Position numbers and translations under genes: made by a program. A stretch of DNA of 64,000 nucleotides. Origin: the human T2T-CHM13v2.0 reference genome, Homo sapiens. Where the stretch lies: assembly GCF_009914755.1 (NCBI RefSeq), contig NC_060932.1. One strand, 5' to 3'. Of the stretch, positions 56,131 to 64,000 are shown piece after piece. Positions within the stretch are counted from its first letter, which is position 1. The number at the start of each line of letters is the position of its first letter. Under the pieces are notes generated by a model. It searched no databases and was not told the origin of the DNA. It saw nothing but the letters and a program-made list of their open reading frames with translations.

Positions 56131-57546
56131 ACTTTCCTACCACAGAGAGTTCCCCCAGACACAGGGAGCTTCTCTGACTTTATTCCTGAATCTATGTGCT
56201 CTATGTTTGCAGATCCTTCACGCATGGGAAACACTATGGTGTATGAATGGGATTTTAATGACTAACACCTAATATGGAATTTAAAATATAATACTCTCTG
56301 CAGAAAGGCTTTCCCTGATGACCTAAATGTTCTAGCTTCTTTCCTTGCCTTAATCTTGAATTTAATTCTTTTCATGAAATGGGCCCAGGCCTTACTTGTA
56401 CATCTCCATCTATTCTGACACCAGCTTATCATCTAAATGCTGTCTCTAGTCTGCTAGTCTTTTCAAGTACTAAAATTCCCACCTTTGAAAAACAGTTTTT
56501 CTGTGATAGGGACTCCCAGGTGAGTCCTTCTTCTTAGTCTACAGGTGATTGCACCTGTCTGGGACCACTCTGCATCTTGGCCTGTCTACCTTGCTCTCTG
56601 TAACATTGTACCATTTTCTCTAGGTACTGATCTCAGTTCCAACTCAAGTTTCCTAATATAAAGCTGTAATAACTGCCTCTCAATCTTCTCCTATATTCAA
56701 ATGTTCAGCCTAGGGATTATATCATGGGGATTAAAAATGCAAATATATTTACACTCTATTATTTAGGTAAAAGGGAGTTGTTTAGGCCATTCTAGGATAA
56801 TTTAAATAGTAAATATAAAAAAAACTTTTCTCTAGATATTGGTAAATTTACATATAATCGTATTCTCTTATCTAGAATCAACCCTCCATGGAAGATAATT
56901 AAGTCACAATAGCTACTTTTATACTGACTTTATATATATTTTGATTTTTCTATATATAACACAAAATAACCCTGTAGAAAGACCTACATTGTATGCAGAT
57001 AAAGCATTCTAAACTTTTTTCATGAATTTCAAGAAGTTCAGTGAAAAACTTTAGTACATAAACATTAAGTTTTGATGAGAAGGTTAATGTAATGGAAAAT
57101 TAACAATAGACTAAAAGCACATTTTACTGCCTAATTCGCATTTAATTAGAACTGGGTTTTCATTTCTGCTATGAAAAAAATGTTGATTGCTCAAAATTAT
57201 GCACTCTTCTTTTAAAAAAATTCTTCCCTCTTTGTTTCTTTGTATCTACTACACACACACAGAGTTGCATAGTTTCATATACATAAACACAGCTTTTTCC
57301 TCTACTCTTTCTTCAAATAAAAGCTCCAAAATTCTCTTATTTATTAAGAGCTTATTTAGGCTCTTAAGTAATTAAAGTCTTATTTTTCTTTTAAATGGTT
57401 TGATTCTCAGAACCATTTTGAGTGTAAGAGCAAAGGTGAAGTTTCAGTCATTTTCAAGTATATGAATAGCATTAATGCACTAACACACTGTTATTGCCTT
57501 TGTGGAGTAGAAAATAACGAAATAATGGGCTCTAAGTGTAGCATAG

Positions 57547-59793
57547 TGATATGGTTTGGATTTCTGTCCCCAACCAAATTTCATCTTGAATTATAATCCC
57601 GTAATTCCCACAAGTTGTGGGAAGGACCTGGTGGGAGGTAATTAAAACATGGGGGTGGTTCCCCCCATGCTGTTCTCATGATAGTGAGTGAGTTCTCATG
57701 AGATCTGATGGTTTTGTGAGTCTGTCATTTCCCCTGCTTGCACTTATTCTCTCTCCTGCCACCCTGTGGAGAGCTGCTTTCCGCCATGGTTGTAAGTTTC
57801 TTGAGACCTTCCCAGCTATGCAGAACTATGAGTCAATTAAACCTCTTTTCTTTATAAATTACCCTGTTTTGGGTATTGCTTCATAGTGATGTGAGAATGG
57901 ACTAATACAGTAAATTGATATCAGAAATGGGGTGTTGCTATAAAGATACTCAAAATGTGGAAGTGACTTTGGAACTGAGTAACAGGCAGAGGTTGAAACA
58001 GTTTAGAGGGCTCAGAAGAAGACAGGAAAATGTAGAAAAGTTGGGAACATTTTAGAGACTTGTTGAATTGCTTTGACCAAAATGCTGATAGTGATATGAG
58101 AAATGAAGTCCAGGCTGAGGTGGTGTCAGTCGGAGGTGAGGACCTTGTTGGGAACTGGAGTAAAGGTCACTCTTGCTATGCAAAGAGACTGGCAGCATTT
58201 TGCCTCTGCCCTAGAGCTCTGTGGAGCCTTGAACTTGAGAGAGATGATTTAGCATATCTGACAGAAGAAATTTCTAAGCAGTAAAGCATTCAAGAGGTGA
58301 CAGATCATAAAAGTTTGAAAAATTTTCAGCCTGACAATGCAGTAGAAAAGACAAACCCATTTTCTAGGGAGAAATTCAAGCCAGCTGCAGAAATTTGCAT
58401 AAGTAATAAGGAGCCAAATGCTAATACCAAGACTAGGGGAAAATGTCTCCAGAGCATGTCAGAGAGCTTTGCGGCATCACTTCCCATCACAGGCCTGGAG
58501 GCCTAGGAGGGAAAAATGATTTCCTGGGCCAGATCCAGGGCACCCCTGCTGTGTGCAGTCTTGGGACTTAGTGCCCTGTGTCCCAGTATAGTCTAAAAGG
58601 GGCCAAGGTACAGCTCAGGCTATTGCTTCAGGGAGTGCAAGCCCCAAGCCTTGACACCTTCCACGTAGCGTTGGTCCTGTGGGTACACAGAAGACAAGAA
58701 TTGAGGTTGGGGAACCTCCACCTAGATTTCAGAGGAGGTATGGAAATGCGTGGATATCCAGGCAGAAGTCTGCTGCAGGGATGGAGCCCTCATGGAGAAC
58801 CTCTGCTAGTGCCATGCAGAAGGGAAATGTGAGTTCAGAGCCCCCACACAAAGTCCCACTGGGGCACTGCATAGTGGAACTCTGAGAAGAGGGCCATCAT
58901 CCTCCAGAGCCCAGAATGGTAGATCTACCAACAGTTTGCACCTTGTGCCTGGAAAAGCCCCAGACACTCAATGCCAGCCTGTGAAAGCAGCCTGGATGGG
59001 GGCTGTACCACACAAAGCCACAGGGATGGAGCTTCTCAAGGCTGTGGGAACCTACCTTTTGCATCAGTGTGACATGGTTGTGAGACTTGGAGTCAAAGGA
59101 GATAAGTTTGGAAATTTAAGGTTTAATGACAACTCTGTTGGATTTTGGACTTACATGGGGCCTGTAGCCCCTTTGTTTTGTCCAATTTCTCCCACTTGTA
59201 GTGGGTGTATTTATCCAATACCTGTACCCCGATTGTATCTAGGAAGTTACTAACTTGCTTTTGATTTTACAGACTTATAGGCAGAAGGGACTTGCCTTGT
59301 CTCAGATGAGACTTTGGACTTGGAATTTTGAGTTAATACTGGAATGAGTTAAGACTTTTGGGGACTGTTGAAAGGACATGATTTTGTTTTGATATGTGAG
59401 GACATGAGATTTGGGAGGAGCCAGGGGTGGAATGATATGGTTTGGCTTAGTGTCCCCACTCAAATCTCATCTTGAATTGTAATCTCATAGTCCACATGTG
59501 TTGTGGGAGACCCAGTGAGAGGTAATTAAACCATGAGGGCATTTTCCACCATGCTGTTCTCATAAGAGTGAGTGAGTTCTCACAAGATCTGATGGTTTTA
59601 TGAGTCTGGCATTTTCCCTGCTTGTACTCATTCTCTCTTCTGCCATCCTGTAAAGAGGTGCCTTCTGCTATGACTGTAAGTTTCCTGAGGCCTCCCAAGC
59701 TATGCAGAACTGTGAATCAATTCAACCTGTTTTCTTTGTAAATTACCCAGTCTCTGGTATTTCTTCATAGCAGCATGAGAACAGACTAATACA
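57547..59793 (+). mobile_element. Full-length THE1 (THE1C/D-like) MaLR: 5' LTR 57547-57909, internal 57910-59432, 3' LTR 59433-59793
   Basis: Both LTRs TGATATGGTTTGG...GACTAATACA; polypurine tract GGGAGGAGCCAGGGGTGGAA; 5-bp TSD CATAG (57542-57546 / 59794-59798). Confidence 0.96.
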
Positions 59794-59879
59794 CATAGGA
59801 AAAAGGAGCCTTCATTTTTTTTCAGGACAGACCTTCCACTAGGGACTCCTACATAGTTTACCTCCTCAAACTGACTATA

Positions 59880-59990
59880 AATAATAGGCATTCTTCACAT
59901 TTTCATATTACAGATGAGGATACAGAGGCTCAGGCAGGGCTCAGCAGGTGACAGAGCTGGTATATGAGTCAAAATAAATGTCCCTGTCAT
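59880..59990 (-). mobile_element. MIR fragment
   Basis: CATATTACAGATGAGGATACAGAGGCTCAG. Confidence 0.65.
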
Positions 59991-61493
59991 GATATCTCAT
60001 GTCTGAGGCAATTCAATGTATTTAAGGAAAAGTGCCTTGCAATTAAGGTTGTTAAATAGTAAAATGGATTGGTAAAGGGGTTGGTAACTAGTACTTTAAC
60101 ATGTATTGTATGTTAACATTGTTAACATGTATTTGTTTGAAATAGCTTAGGCAGACTTCTGCCTAAAGAATGAAATATAGACAATGTAGCCTTTACTACA
60201 AGCTAGGATCCCTGTTATGAGAAGAGTTTTAAATTAATAAATAGTTTGCATTTTCAAAGGATAAATGAACTCATTCTTATGTCTCATTAGGATAACTCAG
60301 ACAACCACTTGGACCTCTAGAATCTTTTGCTATAAGTCTAGTTGTCTCTGTCCCTCATGGAATGTCACTCTTGTATACATAATGGGCTTTTTCATCTCTT
60401 TCTCCTATCAGATGCCAATGGGAAGAAAGACTAAAACATTTCAGTGTTTTTCTGGCTCATTAGATAATCCAGCAGGTGCATGCCCCACTTTCCAGCACTA
60501 GTCTTAAGCAATCAAGGCCCTAACCACCCCAGGTACTGAGCATATATGCCTGTGTCAGAGCTTTGGCAGAAATGACAGTAAACAAGGCTGAGTGTCTCTG
60601 TGCTGGTCCTAGGAATGCCTTGTTGTAGGAAAGTGGTAGAAAAGGTTGTCTAAAGTTTGTTAGATAAGCAAGCTCCCATGTCAACCTTCGAGTTTGCAAA
60701 TTTGAGTAATTACTGTTTAATATTCAAGTGCAAATAAAACAAAGGAAAAGCTCTCAAATTACTTTAAAATGTTATAAAAGCTTTGGTTTGGCAATCTACA
60801 GCTCATACTGAAAATGTGGGTACTTAAAGCAGATCACAACAGGTGAATTCAATCAAACATTCATGTGTGAAATATGAGCTCGGTTGTAAGCCATTCTGAA
60901 GAACTATTATGCCAATAAAGAGAAAATGGTAATGGATTTTTTTTCCCTGTGAAGCACAAATGGGGACTTTATAATTTACTTCTTATGGGTTCTATTGAGA
61001 AAACCCATTGTGATGTACTTTTGAGTATCCCTGCTTTAAAAAATATCAATTACTTAGTTTTCCAATTAAAAACATAAATTAACTATGCTTTATTTCATAT
61101 TACATTTTCCAGAATCATAAAAGTGAATAAAGTATTATTTCCATACTTTCCAAGGCTCTTTATCATTTCTGAATATGTGGATTATTAATCAGTTTGCTTT
61201 TTCCTTCCCTTGTCATTGATAAGTTCTCCTGTAGTTAAAATTTTTACCTGTTTTTTCTTTGTATGAAGACGTTTTAAAAGACTGAGAATCAGTTTTCTTC
61301 ACCATTCATCAAGACATTTTTATCCTTTCAATCAAATTCAAGCTAAAATTTTACTCTTAGCCTAAATCGTTGATTATGCATTTAAATCTTCTTTATAAAG
61401 GGATGCCCTTTACTATATTCTTCTCTACCCTCGAAAGTCAAGCTTCTTATCCTTTAGGTTTAGAATGTACTGTTTGACTAGATGGTACTTCTG

Positions 61494-61537
61494 ATATACA
61501 TATATATATACATACACACACATATACATATATATAT
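61494..61537. repeat. (TA)n(CA)n microsatellite
   Basis: Read directly from the sequence. Confidence 0.9.
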
Positions 61538-62029
61538 TAGAACAAGGCAATTAGGTGGTGTTTAGCCATATAAAGCCATATATCTTTTCCCAAAGCCTGC
61601 CCCATAGTAGGTAATATGGCCAGTTTTCTGAATAGTTTCATTGAATAGACTCACTCCAGTCTAGGACTCTGATAGATGGAGTGGAGAGACTTTGATCTAC
61701 AGACAAGACTAGAACTCAGTTCTCCTAACTACTAGCTTAATGTTCTTTCCAATACATGATAGTTGGTTAATATCAATGACTGTATAACTCTCAATAAGTT
61801 TTTCCCTAGGCATGAATATCTTCTTAATATTTTTACCAACCTGCATGTATAGGCTACTTTTTCCTTTTTCTAACTTCTGGTTAAATTCCATCAATTCTAA
61901 GTTTAAAAGTTCTTTGGTTGGAGGAGTCAGAGTGCTGGAGAATCCTCCTTGCTCCTTCTACTAAAGTAATGCCCTCTGTCTTTAGGGACTGCACAGCATT
62001 CAGATGTGGGCTAGCATGTTGTTTTAGTA

Positions 62030-64000
62030 CAGCCCATCCTTGAGCAACCCAGGGATTAGGGAAACTGACACCATGCACAGTTGAAAATCCAAGTATAAAT
62101 TTTGACTCTTCAAAATCTTAACTACTTATATCCTACTGTTGACTGGAAGGCTTATGGTTAACATAAACAGTCAATTAACAAATTTACATGTTGTATAGTA
62201 TAATATACAATTATTTTGTATACAGTAAAGTAAGTTAGAGAAAACAAAATGTTATTAAGAAAATCATAAAGAAGAGAAAATATGTTTACTATTCATTAAG
62301 TGGGTCATAATAAAGGTCTTCATCCTTGTTATCTTCACATTGAGTGAGCTGAGGAAGAGGAGGCAAAGTAAGGGTTGGTCTTGCTGTCTCAGAGGTGGCA
62401 GAGGTGGAAGAGGTAGAGGAAGTGGAACTAGAGGCAGGCATAATTTTACAGAAATTTGTATAATTTTACAGAAATACATGATAATTTCTGTCTAACTTTT
62501 TGCTTTTCCATTTCTCTAAGTATGTTTCTATATTATACCAACATTTCTTCCACCACTTTCTTTAGTCCAGTAACCATATAAAAGAAGGGTTCAAGTCATA
62601 AATGAAGTAAAAGCAATATTTAATTATTGGAACCCTTCTTCCAATTTGTCTAATGTCAATTCGTTTTCTGGCACTGCTTCTTCTATGTCTTCTTCCTCAT
62701 TTTCTGGCACTGGTTTGGAAGCTCTTATCTTCATCAAGTTGTCTTCTCCTCTGGTGTGGTGGCTGTTAGCTCTTTAATTTCTCCGATATCTATATTTTGA
62801 AACCCTTCACGCTCCACCTTTTTTCCATATCCAAAATTTCTTTCACAGTTTCCTTGATTGGCTCTGTCAGAAATCCTGTGAAGTCATGTGCAACATCTGG
62901 ACACAGCTTTTTCTACAATAACGATGGCCACTTTAATGGTGTAATCTTCACAGACTTTCACGATGTTCTTTCAGGGTTCTCTTCCATAGTGTTGACAATC
63001 CTTTCCATAGTGTACCATGTTTAATGAGCCTCAAAGGTCCTTATAATCCTCTGGTCTAGAGGCTGAATTGGAGACATTGTGTTTGGGGGGAAGTAGACCA
63101 CTTCGATGACTTTGATATTGAACTCAAAGGGTTTTGGGCAGCCAGGGACATTACTCAATACCAAAAGAACTTTAAAAGGCAGTCCCCTACTGGCAAAGTA
63201 CTTCCTCACTTCAGGGACAAAGCACTGATGGAACCAATCCAGAAAAATGATTCTCATTGTTTAGGCCTTTTTGTATGACCAAAAGACTGGAAGCTGGTGT
63301 TTATCTTTTCCCTTGAAGGCTTGGAGTTAACAGCTTTATAGATAAGGGGAGTCCTGGTCACCAACCCAATTGTATTTGCAAACAAGTGGAGTAGCCTTTT
63401 CCTTCCTGCATTAGATCCTGGTGCTCACTGTTATTCCCTACTAATAAATGCTCTTTGTGGCTTTTGTTTCCAGAATAGGGCACTTTTGTCTGCATTAAAA
63501 ACCTGTTCAGGCAGATCTTTCTCCTCAATGATTATCTTAATGGCATCTTGAAACTCATCTGCTGCCTTTTGGTTGGAAGAACATGCTTCTCCTGTTATCT
63601 TGACAGTTTTTTAAGCCAAGTGCTTTTCTAAAATTATCAAACCATTCTTTTCTGGCATTAAATTCTCCAACTTTCGGTCCTTCACCATCCTTTTGCTTTA
63701 AGTTGTCATCTAATGACTGTTCTTTTTCTCAAATCATTTACAGTCTATAGGTATGACTTTCTTATAGCAATCCTGCACCTACATAAAAGCTAAGTTTTCA
63801 ATACAAGAGAATATGTATTTTGCAAAAAGCACAAGGTTTTTTCACCTGCTGGTTTAGCTACAGTGACAATTTCATGAATTTTCTTTTTTTTTTTTTCCAC
63901 AGTAGACCTTGGGCTGGATTTATGTATCTTGAAATGGTGGGCAACCTCATCTGCAATCCTGAATCTATGGTACATATCAAGCAATTCAACTTTTTCTTGT
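62030..64000 (-). mobile_element. Tigger2 DNA transposon with decayed pogo-family transposase; continues beyond the right edge
   Basis: TA then CAG...CCTTGAGCAAC..GGG.TTAGGG terminus; ORF 63021..63257 DWFHQCFVPEV...KVLLVL.N.PG.P...PPNT.S.IQPLDQ (DDE domain); ORF 63790.. CENP-B-like HTH relic. Confidence 0.92.

Noticed and set aside
63021-63984. Domesticated TIGD-like transposase gene
   Set aside because: The reading frame is broken into short pieces; it is an ordinary decayed Tigger2.

Overview
Repeat-rich, non-coding DNA from a catarrhine primate (human/ape-like): AluJ/S/Y, L1PA/L1PB/L1M, L2, MIR, CR1/L3, MaLR/ERV1/ERVL LTRs and Tigger/hAT relics are all present. I can support no protein-coding exon, RNA gene or CRISPR-like array. 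Nearly every ORF in the track is a transposon remnant, a simple-repeat artefact or a chance ORF. I do not see a new gene system. The strongest unexplained structure is a set of fossil repair/insertion scars. The best is a ~370 bp patch at ~6070-6440 inside an L1PB. It is built from two inverted copies of local DNA (templates ~1.1 kb upstream and ~1.2 kb downstream), joined by 4-bp microhomology and flanked by reiterated copies of the break end. Others are a clear twin-priming L1 inversion with templated filler (45908-48504), a tail-less internal L1 fragment inside a MIR (40598-40941), and a hairpin-plus-minisatellite patch inside an L1 (25245-25695). Subfamily names come from my recall of consensus sequences, not from a database search, and boundaries of old repeats are approximate.
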